IMG/VR virus record: IMGVR_UViG_3300028666_000023
Coordinates: 129,845-193,844 of that record
Source: a virus
Length of the DNA: 64,000 nucleotides
Strand: one strand, 5' to 3'
Made by a program: the position numbers and the translations under genes. Shown one piece after another: positions 1 through 8,122 of the stretch (its first letter is position 1; each line of letters opens with the position of its first letter). The notes under the pieces were generated by a model. It ran no database searches. It saw nothing but the letters and a program-made list of their open reading frames with translations, and was not told where the DNA came from.

Positions 1-155
1 CCGTTCATCTCGCTGCCCGGCGGAAGGGTTGGATTCCTAGAAGCGAGTCCCCAACGCTGCGTCTTGCCGACAGCAGCCATGACCTCACCGCACTCCTCGA
101 CGAGGTAGCCGAGCTTCGTTGCTGTCGTATGCGGGTAGTACTTTGTTATGTCCAT
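1..155 (-). CDS. MazG-like nucleotide pyrophosphohydrolase (5' part; runs off window)
   Basis: ATG at 155 after GAGGAG; translates MDITKYYPHTTATKLGYLVEECGEVMAAVGKTQRWGL, with the EExxE motif of MazG-like proteins. Confidence 0.6.
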   Translation of the reverse strand, partial: MDITKYYPHTTATKLGYLVEECGEVMAAVGKTQRWGLASRNPTLPPGSEMN

Positions 156-171
156 GCCATCTCCTCAGATG

Positions 172-208
172 CAAAAAAGAAGGCGCGCCGATCGCTCGAC
201 GCGCCTTC
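172..208 (-). terminator. Rho-independent terminator
   Basis: GAAGGCGCG/CGCGCCTTC stem followed by a T-run on the minus strand. Confidence 0.8.
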
Positions 209-219
209 ATGAAAGATCC

Positions 220-317
220 GCACCGCCGCCCGGCTTCATCGGATGGGTCCCAAGTCACCCTGTCCTCTGCCGAGCAGCGGCACTTCCCGTTCGTCGGAGG
301 CGCACCTCCTTCACGGG
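220..317 (-). ncRNA. Putative structured RNA, two hairpins, one with a K-turn
   Basis: 15-bp stem (283-269 with 234-220) pairs fully only on the minus strand (G-U pairs); internal UCC-GAU-GAA-GCC / GGC-AGA-GGA fits the K-turn pattern; second hairpin at 317-286. Confidence 0.5.
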
Positions 318-319
318 CT

Positions 320-679
320 TCATCTGTACAGCGCGTTCACCTCTCGGTGCGCCTTGCGGCACGCATCACAACGGCACTTCCAACGCGGGCTGGTGTACCG
401 TGTGTTGACGCCATGAGGAGGCGCTGCTTCCTGACTCGTCTTCTCCTGATGGCAGTCGTGGCAAAGAATTTGGCACTTGGCCAGTTCCTTTGCTCTGCGT
501 TTCGGAGACCACGACCACACCTTATGATCAATCTTCGTTGCGCGATTGACGTGGTCGACCTCGAGACGATCAGAGGAACCACACTGCTTGCAGACCTTGC
601 CTCGTAAGAAGTCGGCTCGGTTCTTCGCAACCCACTCGCGCTGATACGTCCGCTGTCTTTCTGGATCTTTGTATCCCAT
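320..679 (-). CDS. HNH endonuclease with zinc-binding motifs
   Basis: MGYKDPERQR...CKQC...LEVDHVN...CQILCHDCHQEKT, C-terminal CRCDAC; ATG at 679. Confidence 0.85.
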   Translation of the reverse strand: MGYKDPERQRTYQREWVAKNRADFLRGKVCKQCGSSDRLEVDHVNRATKIDHKVWSWSPKRRAKELAKCQILCHDCHQEKTSQEAAPPHGVNTRYTSPRWKCRCDACRKAHREVNALYR

Positions 680-1023
680 GGTGGACCCGGCGGGTACTGC
701 CCCCGCGTCCGACAAGTGCCCAACAACATCCTCTGTCACGTGCGTAGTCGCTGTATCCCCAGCGACTGAGTCCCGTCGATTCGGCAACGGCACCTACTCT
801 TCTTCGATTCCTCACTGCTGATGGCGAAGTACATCAGTCAGCCAGCTCTGTGGGTTGGCACCGGCTTCGCTACTAGAGCACCTTGCTAGCCGATGGCTCA
901 GGCCGCTTGCGCGACGAGGGCGGTTGCGTTGTCGTTCGCAACTGACGTTGCCCGTTTGAATGGACCGGGCGCCACTGCACGCAGATGTCGTCTTCTTCTA
1001 GCCGTCGAATCTATTTCGGGCCC
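679..1023 (-). ncRNA. ssrA: tmRNA (one-piece); tag ANDNATALVAQAA at 939-898
   Basis: 5' GGGCCCGAAATAGATTCGAC pairs with 3' CGGGTCC-ACCA including a G3-U wobble; T-arm GCGGG-GGCAGTA-CCCGC; tag frame ends AA-stop; 345 nt. Confidence 0.95.
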
Positions 1024-1028
1024 TTACT

Positions 1029-1202
1029 TCAAACCACTCGTGGTTCTATCTTCTTCCTCCTCTTGTCACAAGGACAACCGTTGTTCTCCTTTCTGTTGAT
1101 GCCGCACTCCTCGCAGAACGGTCCGTTGGGGAGCTGTCCGTGGCAATCGCAGTGGAAGTCCTCCGCGCCACACTGGGAACAGTAGAGCGGCTCGTCGCTC
1201 AC
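1029..1202 (-). CDS. Small Cys-rich hypothetical protein
   Basis: GTG overlaps upstream stop; CSQC, CDC, CEEC, CPC motifs. Confidence 0.55.
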   Translation of the reverse strand: MSDEPLYCSQCGAEDFHCDCHGQLPNGPFCEECGINRKENNGCPCDKRRKKIEPRVV

Positions 1203-1486
1203 TTGCGCACCCGGCGCCGGCCCTTCATGTTGCCGAGCGCGAGGAGGAACATCTTCGCGACGAACTGGCAGTGCCGCTTGCCTTCTTTGCGGTCGTCGGT
1301 TTCCGCCAGGGTGAAGTACTGGACGCCGACACGGAAGAAGGTCTTGTACGTCACGCGACGACCCCACTTGAAGGTCTCCACGTAGACGGCCCACGTCTTC
1401 TGTTTCTTCTGCACCTGCTTGGCCGCGCGCGTGGCACTCGCAAGCCGTTCGAGCTCATGTTCGATCGGCGATGTGACCTTCTTCAT
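1199..1486 (-). CDS. Hypothetical protein
   Basis: ORF coupled to the sigma factor stop (TGATG). Confidence 0.65.
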   Translation of the reverse strand: MKKVTSPIEHELERLASATRAAKQVQKKQKTWAVYVETFKWGRRVTYKTFFRVGVQYFTLAETDDRKEGKRHCQFVAKMFLLALGNMKGRRRVRK

Positions 1487-2310
1487 CAGTCTTCTTCTTC
1501 GTGGTCGTACCCCATGAACCTCTTCAGAGTGCCGAGCATCTGCGTCTTCATGTGGGAGATCTGTTGATCGGTCTTCTTCATCTTCTTTGCGAGCAGGCCC
1601 GTCGATGTGATCTGGGGATGGTCGTTCGTTCCGAAGACGTGGTTGAAGAGCGTGTGCATCTCGGGCTTCTGGGGGAAGAGATCGTGCAGCGACTTCGACG
1701 CCACAGCGATCTGCTCGTCCTCGAAGCTCGGGAAGTGGTCGTCCATCCCCTCGAGCGAGCTCGCCGGAACGTCACGACGTTGTGCCTTCAACACGGTGTC
1801 GATTCGCTTGGCAGAGATGTTCTGGAACTCTTGTTCCCCGCTCGACTGCAGATGTGACGCGATCTCCGTGCTCGTCGGCTCGCGCCCGTACTGCTCGGTG
1901 AGCTCCTCCTTCGCCACGTTGATGGGCGTGATGAGCGCAGCCTGGCCCGCGGGGATGTAGGCCATGTTCTGGTTCTTGAGGTTGTACCGCTGCGCCTTGC
2001 GGAGGCGGTAGTTCACGTGCGTGTTGAGAGACGCGCCCTTGTTCGGGTCGTACGTCTCGAGCGCGTTGATGAAGTGCTTCTGGAGCTCTCCCTTGAATGC
2101 GCTCTCCGGCGCCGCGTGCGGCGCGCGGTAGTGCCGCATGCGCATCTGCATGAGCGGCTCGTACGCTTTGAGCAGGGGCTCGAGGTGCTCGGGCTTGCGC
2201 GTCTTGTACCAGCGCTTCCAGAGATCGAGCTCCTGCTCCTTTCGGTCAGCCTTCGCGGCTTCCTTCGCTTGGAGGTGAACCTCCAACGGATTCGGTTTGC
2301 GCGCTGCCAT
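1486..2310 (-). CDS. Phage sigma-70 family sigma factor (group 3-like)
   Basis: Region 2 ALETYDPNKGASLNTHVNYRLR, region 3 EELTEQYGREPTSTEIA, C-terminal HTH-like region; ATG at 2310. Confidence 0.8.
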   Translation of the reverse strand: MAARKPNPLEVHLQAKEAAKADRKEQELDLWKRWYKTRKPEHLEPLLKAYEPLMQMRMRHYRAPHAAPESAFKGELQKHFINALETYDPNKGASLNTHVNYRLRKAQRYNLKNQNMAYIPAGQAALITPINVAKEELTEQYGREPTSTEIASHLQSSGEQEFQNISAKRIDTVLKAQRRDVPASSLEGMDDHFPSFEDEQIAVASKSLHDLFPQKPEMHTLFNHVFGTNDHPQITSTGLLAKKMKKTDQQISHMKTQMLGTLKRFMGYDHEEED

Positions 2311-2731
2311 CTTCGTTCCCTTCCAGTTTGAGATAGATCGAGTCGTGGATTTGGTGCTCGATACTAACTTTCTTGCCGAGTATCTGAAGAGTGTCCGCCA
2401 ACGGCCCCGACTGCAGAAGGAAGCCGGAGATGCTCCCCGACAATGCGGACTTCTCAACCGCCTTCTGGAAAGCCTCCATGTGTGCGTGCTTCTGCAACTC
2501 CTCGAGCACCTCCGTCGCCCCCACACCGCGTGCGATCGCGAGCTTGAGGACCGTGCTCTGCGACAGGAGTCCACGCATAGCGAGCTTCTGGTACGGAGCG
2601 ATGTCGAAGGGGAGCGGGCGCAGGATGGCGAGCTCCGTCGCCGCGAGCTCCTCGAGCTCCTTCTGTTGTTTGTTCCAGGTCGCGTAGTCCTTGGCGTTCT
2701 TCAAAGCCCAGCGAACGGTGTGCTTCTTCAT
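2246..2731 (-). CDS. Hypothetical protein
   Basis: Operon-coupled ORF. Confidence 0.6.
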   Translation of the reverse strand: MKKHTVRWALKNAKDYATWNKQQKELEELAATELAILRPLPFDIAPYQKLAMRGLLSQSTVLKLAIARGVGATEVLEELQKHAHMEAFQKAVEKSALSGSISGFLLQSGPLADTLQILGKKVSIEHQIHDSIYLKLEGNEDGSAQTESVGGSPPSEGSREG

Positions 2732-3054
2732 TGGTTGATCTTTGCAGCTACCAGATAGGACCCGGGCCCTGTTGCCTTGATGCGGTACGTTCCGTCTTTG
2801 CCCTTGGTGCCCGTGATGAGCACCGTGTCTCCGGGGCCCAGACTCTGGTCGACCCCAAGCAAATCGAACTCACCCTCGCGGTTCGGACCGTCCAACATCT
2901 CCCACTCGACCGTGGGCTTGCCGATGACGATGTTCTCGATCTTGGCGAGCTCACGAGCGGTGCGCTTCCAGCGCTCGCGTTCGATCCAGCGCTTCCAGCG
3001 ACGTTCTTCTTTCTCTTCGCGTCGCTGCTGTGCGGCGCGACGAGATGCTGCCAT
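2728..3054 (-). CDS. Hypothetical protein
   Basis: Operon-coupled ORF. Confidence 0.6.
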   Translation of the reverse strand: MAASRRAAQQRREEKEERRWKRWIERERWKRTARELAKIENIVIGKPTVEWEMLDGPNREGEFDLLGVDQSLGPGDTVLITGTKGKDGTYRIKATGPGSYLVAAKINQ

Positions 3055-3473
3055 CAGACGAAGCCGATGGTCTTCATGACCTTGTCGGTCAGCGTCTCGT
3101 CGGCGGCCGTCTTCTCTCGTCCACGCTGAAGCATCGGCGAGTGCGGGTGCCCTTCGCGCGCGTTGGCGAAGAACTCGGACATCTCTTTCTGCTCGGCGGG
3201 CGCGGTGGTCTTCGGGCTGTCGAAGAGGCGATCGATCATCTCGCCGCGGCCGTTGTGCGCCTCGCGTTCGACAGCGGTGCCGTGGACAGCCGCATCATCG
3301 TTCTTGCTGACTGGCGGCTTGTCTCCCCATTTCGCGTCGAGCGTGCCCGGCTTGCGCCCCTCGGGCGGAGGATAGACGTCGCCGCGGCCCTTGTTGCTCT
3401 GGTCCTCGTTGTTCTCGATGCGACCATCGTCCGAAGCCGTCTTCGCGCGGATCAAGTCCAGTGCCGTCATCAT
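3054..3473 (-). CDS. Putative internal virion protein (KTA motifs)
   Basis: AKTAS and EKTAA motifs; TAGAAT 7 nt upstream of ATG. Confidence 0.55.
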   Translation of the reverse strand: MMTALDLIRAKTASDDGRIENNEDQSNKGRGDVYPPPEGRKPGTLDAKWGDKPPVSKNDDAAVHGTAVEREAHNGRGEMIDRLFDSPKTTAPAEQKEMSEFFANAREGHPHSPMLQRGREKTAADETLTDKVMKTIGFV

Positions 3474-3483
3474 GCCTCCCATT

Positions 3484-3846
3484 CTAGCGCCTCCCGAGAC
3501 CGGCACCAAGCGAACCGAGCAGCAGCTTCAACCGCCCGAGTTCTTCGTCAGCCTTGATGCGCCGGGCAACCTCGAGCTTCAGCGCTTGCTTCGTCACTTC
3601 GTGCTCGGCCTTTTCCTTGTGATAGTCGTCGCGCAGCACGGTCAGCACTTCACCCTGGAAGTCCTCCTCGCCGTAGATGCGGAAGCCGGCCTTCAGCTTC
3701 TTCTCGATCTTCTCCCACAGCTCCTCGTTCGCGTACTGCCCGTGCAGCTGACACTCGACCTGGAAGGTGCCGTCCTCGAGCTGCCGCGAATGACTCGCCG
3801 AAAGAGCGAACGAGATGCTCGGAACCTTCTCTTCTGAATCAACCAA
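3484..3846 (-). CDS. Hypothetical coiled-coil protein
   Basis: TTG after GGAGG. Confidence 0.55.
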   Translation of the reverse strand: MVDSEEKVPSISFALSASHSRQLEDGTFQVECQLHGQYANEELWEKIEKKLKAGFRIYGEEDFQGEVLTVLRDDYHKEKAEHEVTKQALKLEVARRIKADEELGRLKLLLGSLGAGLGRR

Positions 3847-4402
3847 AGACCACCTCCTCGATGGAGATTTCCCCCACCACGATTCCAACTGCGCGCGAGA
3901 CGCCCTCGAAGCCATGACCCTTTGAGGCGCACTCCTTCTGCGCGAATTCGAAGAACGCTTCGGCCGCGCGCTCGGCGAAGGTTTTCACGACGTCGGCGCG
4001 CTCGCTGAGCATGCCATCGTTGAAGAGCTCGAAGCAGAGAGCGAGATCGAGAGCCTTCTGCGCACGTTGCACGTGCCCCGTCTGCGCGTTGTCCGACCAA
4101 CCCCTCAAGATCTGCTGCTCGGCAGTCTGCAGCGTGAGCATCTCATGCTCTTGGCGGAGGTCGGCGATCGTTTGTTTCAACGAGCGTTGTTGTGCTGGAC
4201 GGCCGAGCACAGCGTTCGCCGTTGTAGCGACGGCGAGCGCCATGCGCACGCCGGTCTTGCGGACGATGAACTCCTCGGCGCTGCCGGTGTTGAGCCACTT
4301 CGTTGCGAACTCGCGGATGACACCGCTCGTTGTGTCAGAGTGCATACCGAAGTCGGCATCATTGAGTAGCAAAAGAGAGAGCTTGCAGGTGAATGGACAC
4401 AC
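3839..4402 (-). CDS. Hypothetical protein
   Basis: GTG after GGAGG, directly downstream of a GGAATAAG motif. Confidence 0.6.
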   Translation of the reverse strand: MCPFTCKLSLLLLNDADFGMHSDTTSGVIREFATKWLNTGSAEEFIVRKTGVRMALAVATTANAVLGRPAQQRSLKQTIADLRQEHEMLTLQTAEQQILRGWSDNAQTGHVQRAQKALDLALCFELFNDGMLSERADVVKTFAERAAEAFFEFAQKECASKGHGFEGVSRAVGIVVGEISIEEVVFG

Positions 4403-4407
4403 GGTTT

Positions 4408-4446
4408 CCTCCGTGGTTCTTATTCCTCGGAGGTCTTCCTGGTAGC
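4408..4446 (-). promoter_or_regulatory. Copy of the conserved phage promoter motif
   Basis: GCTAC-N15-GGAATAAG-N5-CGGAGG. Confidence 0.55.
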
Positions 4447-4737
4447 CCAACCGACAAACTGCACGTAGTCGTGGAAAGTACAACCGGTGCCAGGGCACAC
4501 GTAGCTCGGTGAGAGCGTGCCGTCGGGCGAAACCGAATGGATCTTCCTGGAGATGCGGCACGTGTGCCCGAGGGGGCACGTCGAGAAGGCCAAGTCTTCT
4601 CCGCAGACGCGCGCCCAGCGCTCGTCCCCGGTCTTGGCGAGGACCTCTTCATACGTCGGCGCGTAGTCCCACGTCTTCGGTGTCGGCAGCACCCCATGGT
4701 CGGGGATGCGCTGGTCGCCGCGCGTGAACTCGATCAC
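4420..4737 (-). CDS. Zinc-binding protein, DUF6527-like
   Basis: CPLGH...DGTLSPSYVCPGTGCTFHDYV. Confidence 0.5.
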   Translation of the reverse strand: MIEFTRGDQRIPDHGVLPTPKTWDYAPTYEEVLAKTGDERWARVCGEDLAFSTCPLGHTCRISRKIHSVSPDGTLSPSYVCPGTGCTFHDYVQFVGWATRKTSEE

Positions 4738-5684
4738 GTCAGGTCTTGCGGCGCGCGCCCACCGATGCTGCCCTTGAACGCACCGGCGATGCCCGAGCCG
4801 AAGTGCGGGCCCTTGGGCTTCGCAATCTGCGCGATCGACGGCCCCGGTCCAGAGAGCTTCGGTGCACCGACAGACTTCGCTGCCGAGGGTGCACCGCCGA
4901 GCGTCGGGCTCACGCCCATGATGCCGCCCGCGGCGCCCATCTTCTCACGCAGCGTCGCGACGAACTTCGCCATCTCCTCGACGGGCATCGAGTACTTCGA
5001 CTTCTTGAAGTCGCTCTGGTTGTACGTGACGTAGTCCGGCAGCATGTCGCCGTCCTTCTCCTTGGACTTCTTCGCCACGGGCGCAGGGTCGAACGCGAGA
5101 TCGAGGTCGCTGCGCTTCTGGATGGGGCTCTGTAGGTCCGGAGCTGCGAACGAGGGGATGTCGCTCGCCATCATGAAGTTCCCGCGCGTGGGCGCGCCGG
5201 CCGCTTGCTTGCGCTTCTGCACCACCGACTGGAGGTTCGGCGCAAGGAACCCGGGCGCGGAGCTCGCCTGCGAAGGGATGCTCGGGTTGAGGGGGTAGGA
5301 GTACTGGCTCGTCGTGAACGCGTGCTTCGCGATCGGCGCGACCTTGTCGATGAGCTTCTCGAGCCCGCGCTTGCCCGCGAGGTACGCCGGCGTGAGACCG
5401 GGAATCGGCACCCCCTGCATCGGGATGATCTCCGGGTTCTTGATGCCCACGGAGGCCACGCTCTTCAGCGCACCGGCGATGCGCGGCGTGAACGTCTTGT
5501 CGGCCGCGCGATCGACCGCCGCCTGCGCGGGGCCCTGCAGCTTGCCGAACGCGTTCTCGACTCCGTGCTGAAGACCCGCGAGCTCGTCGGGCGAACGCTT
5601 GCGCATCAGCAGCCGCGGCGTGTTGGGCACGTCAGTGGCGCCGAGGCGCACGAGCCGTTCGATGAGCGCGTCCTTCTCCATCAC
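4734..5684 (-). CDS. Putative internal virion protein
   Basis: KHAF, KQAA, KMGA motifs; internal repeat APNLQS/APDLQS. Confidence 0.6.
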   Translation of the reverse strand: MMEKDALIERLVRLGATDVPNTPRLLMRKRSPDELAGLQHGVENAFGKLQGPAQAAVDRAADKTFTPRIAGALKSVASVGIKNPEIIPMQGVPIPGLTPAYLAGKRGLEKLIDKVAPIAKHAFTTSQYSYPLNPSIPSQASSAPGFLAPNLQSVVQKRKQAAGAPTRGNFMMASDIPSFAAPDLQSPIQKRSDLDLAFDPAPVAKKSKEKDGDMLPDYVTYNQSDFKKSKYSMPVEEMAKFVATLREKMGAAGGIMGVSPTLGGAPSAAKSVGAPKLSGPGPSIAQIAKPKGPHFGSGIAGAFKGSIGGRAPQDLT

Positions 5685-6313
5685 TTCTTCTTTTTCATGG
5701 CGGCGTCATGCTCGCCCTCGCGCTTGCCCACGTGATAGAGCGCCGCGCCGGAGGCGATGCCGCCCACGCCGCGCGCGATCTCGCGCGTGTCTCCATGCGC
5801 GACGCCCGACCCTGCCTCAATCGCCGGGCCGATGCGGTGCTTCAGAAAACCGTGCACGCCCTGAAGGCCATGCTCGAGTGCGCTCCGCGCCACATCTTTC
5901 GCATCCGCGCCCTTGCTCAAACCGGAGGACATCGGGGAGTCGGTCATGGCGCCGGGGGACGGGGCGTACTCGCCGACGTGCTCCTGGTTCATGAACTTCT
6001 TGAGCTTGCCATACTCGGCCTTGCGATCGAGCTGCCGCGCGACGAGCGGGATGGCACCCATTCCGATAGCGCCGCCGACCGCCCCCGCGAGCGCGCCGCG
6101 CCGCGTGGGGAGTGCGCCATGCTCGAGGGCGTTGCCGAGGAGCCTGGTCCCAGCGCCCGCGGCAGCACCGAGCGCGCCGTAGCGACCGACCTGCCCGAGC
6201 GTCGGCTTGCTCTGGTCGATCGCATCGAGCTTCTCGAGGGAGCGGTGGGCCTCCTCAGCGCTGACCGCGCCAAGCTTCTCGAGCTCGTCGAAGAACGCGT
6301 CGATCGGCAGCAT
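5681..6313 (-). CDS. Putative internal virion protein with glycine-zipper segments
   Basis: Leader AFFDELEKLGA; GALGAAAGAG and GAVGGAIG segments. Confidence 0.65.
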   Translation of the reverse strand: MLPIDAFFDELEKLGAVSAEEAHRSLEKLDAIDQSKPTLGQVGRYGALGAAAGAGTRLLGNALEHGALPTRRGALAGAVGGAIGMGAIPLVARQLDRKAEYGKLKKFMNQEHVGEYAPSPGAMTDSPMSSGLSKGADAKDVARSALEHGLQGVHGFLKHRIGPAIEAGSGVAHGDTREIARGVGGIASGAALYHVGKREGEHDAAMKKKK

Positions 6314-6876
6314 CAGTGGCCTCCGGCGAGACCGCCGAGCGCGGGGGCCGCGAGCACACCGAGACCCGCGATCTCCGACAGCGGCTTGGCCGCGTGCGGC
6401 AGCACCTGACGCTTCTTCACGCCCTCGGAGCTGTAGTCGCCGTGGAGGCCCGCGCGCAGATGCGCCTGCGCCTCGTCGAGGCTCGGGGCCGCGAGGATGC
6501 CGAGCCCGGCGAGCTCCGCCTTGTGCGCGCCCGCGCCTTGCGCGAGCGGCGCGAGGGACTTCATGAGCCCACCGACGCCGGCCTCCTTGATCGCCTCAGC
6601 GAAGGCTGCCTTGTCGAGCATGTCGGGGTACTTCTGTTTGATCTTCGCGCGCACGGCGGCGAGGTCGGCCGAGTCGTGGTGCATCTTCGCGAAGCCGAGC
6701 GCGGAGCGCGCGTGCTGGCGATCGGGGATGGGGTACGCCTCCTCACCCGTGTTCGACTTCTTCGCCTTCACCGCGAAGTCCTTGCCGGGGAGCTTGTCGC
6801 GCGCGCTCTCGGTGAGCTCGCCCGCGATCTTGGAGAGCTCGTCGCGGCAGGACTGGATGCTGGTCAAATCGAACAT
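6313..6876 (-). CDS. Putative internal virion protein with DUF6582-like domain
   Basis: Leader CRDELSKIA; LTESARDKLPGKDFA...YPIPDRQHARSAL...KIKQKYP. Confidence 0.65.
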   Translation of the reverse strand: MFDLTSIQSCRDELSKIAGELTESARDKLPGKDFAVKAKKSNTGEEAYPIPDRQHARSALGFAKMHHDSADLAAVRAKIKQKYPDMLDKAAFAEAIKEAGVGGLMKSLAPLAQGAGAHKAELAGLGILAAPSLDEAQAHLRAGLHGDYSSEGVKKRQVLPHAAKPLSEIAGLGVLAAPALGGLAGGH

Positions 6877-6883
6877 GACTTCC

Positions 6884-8122
6884 TCACCTGAAGAACTTGC
6901 CGACACGTGCGAGCATACCAGGAGCCTTGGCCGCGACCGAGTGTTCTGCGGATTGCAGTGCTCCGCCGACGGCGCCGCCGAGTGAGGGGGCCTTCTTCAT
7001 CAAGTTGAAAGGCGCCGCGGTCCCCATGGACTGAACGGTGTGCGCGGTAGTTCCAGACGCCGCGAGCGCAGGTCGAGCAGCGGGCAGCGCTGCACGTTGG
7101 GGGACAGCCGTTCGAACGTCGTCTACGCCACCCCCGCCGAGATGTTGTGCCGGTGGTGCCGTGGTCGGCGCGGCCTTCTGGATGTTCATCTGCGGGTTGA
7201 ACACCTCCTTGCGGAGAGCTCCGACGTTCGCGTTCTGGCCGGGGTCGGCGCCGAACCGGCTGTCGCCCTTCGGTGCGTACGTGTGCAGCGAATCCAGCGC
7301 GTGGTTCGCCTGCCCTTCCGTGTGCGGCAAGAAGTCGAGCACCTTCGGACCTTGGGGGGAGTTCACGACGTTCCCCCAGTTGGTGCCGAGACTCCCTGAG
7401 GAGTTTCGGATCTTGGTGGTGTCCATCATGTGGTGGCCCTGCGCCTCCATCGGATTGACCACCGTCTCGTTGACCTTGTTGACCGCGCCCATGTACTGGT
7501 CGCGAGGGTTGCTGTAGACCGCGCGCCCGTTGGCCTCGGCCTTCTGGCCGCGCAGGTCGGAGATGCCGGGCACGTACTCGTGGAAGGACGTCGAGCGTTG
7601 TAGTCCCCCTGCACCATGTGTCTCGTGACCGTACATCGCAGGCACCATGCTCTTCGCCTCGGGCGAGAGAGAGCGCGCTTGGTCGGTCATCTGCTGTTTG
7701 TGCTCGAGGAGCTTCGGCGTGAACTCCCCCTGAGACACGGGGCTGTCGGGTTTGTACAACTTGCGCGCGACGTAGCCACTCTGGTTCACCTCACCCGTCG
7801 AGGGCACTGCCTTGCGTCCCATCATCAGGTCGACGCCGGCTTCCGCTCCACCAGGAGAGATGTCCTTCAGCTGACGCGGCTTGAGTCCGAGGTCGCCGTA
7901 GCCCTTGGCGATCTGGTCGGCTCCTGCTTGGTTGCCCGCTGCATTCGCCGCCTGCCACTCCTTCACCGCGCGCGTCGCTGCGATCTTCGACCCAGGCGCC
8001 ATCTTGATGGTCGCCATGCGCGGCGCGAGCGTCGTCAGCGCGTTGTTCGGACGGAGCTCCCCGGGTGTGGCGATCTTCGCGAGCTCGCTCTCGAAGGCGC
8101 TCTTGATGCTGTCGAGGTTCAT
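6884..8122 (-). CDS. Putative virion-associated protein kinase-like protein
   Basis: Leader AFESELAKIA; ordered kinase-like motifs GGAEAGV, VARKLY, HEYVPG, HMMD...GNVV, KVLDF. Confidence 0.6.
   Translation of the reverse strand: MNLDSIKSAFESELAKIATPGELRPNNALTTLAPRMATIKMAPGSKIAATRAVKEWQAANAAGNQAGADQIAKGYGDLGLKPRQLKDISPGGAEAGVDLMMGRKAVPSTGEVNQSGYVARKLYKPDSPVSQGEFTPKLLEHKQQMTDQARSLSPEAKSMVPAMYGHETHGAGGLQRSTSFHEYVPGISDLRGQKAEANGRAVYSNPRDQYMGAVNKVNETVVNPMEAQGHHMMDTTKIRNSSGSLGTNWGNVVNSPQGPKVLDFLPHTEGQANHALDSLHTYAPKGDSRFGADPGQNANVGALRKEVFNPQMNIQKAAPTTAPPAQHLGGGGVDDVRTAVPQRAALPAARPALAASGTTAHTVQSMGTAAPFNLMKKAPSLGGAVGGALQSAEHSVAAKAPGMLARVGKFFR

Noticed and set aside
220-317. SRP RNA, hammerhead ribozyme or known riboswitch
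   Set aside because: No SRP helix-8 motif, no CUGANGA/GAAA core, and no riboswitch consensus recognised by eye
679-712. Stand-alone tRNA
   Set aside because: It is the tRNA-like 3' end of the tmRNA; there is no anticodon arm
680-793. N-terminal extension of the HNH ORF
   Set aside because: Lies inside the tmRNA; the ATG at 679 gives a typical protein start
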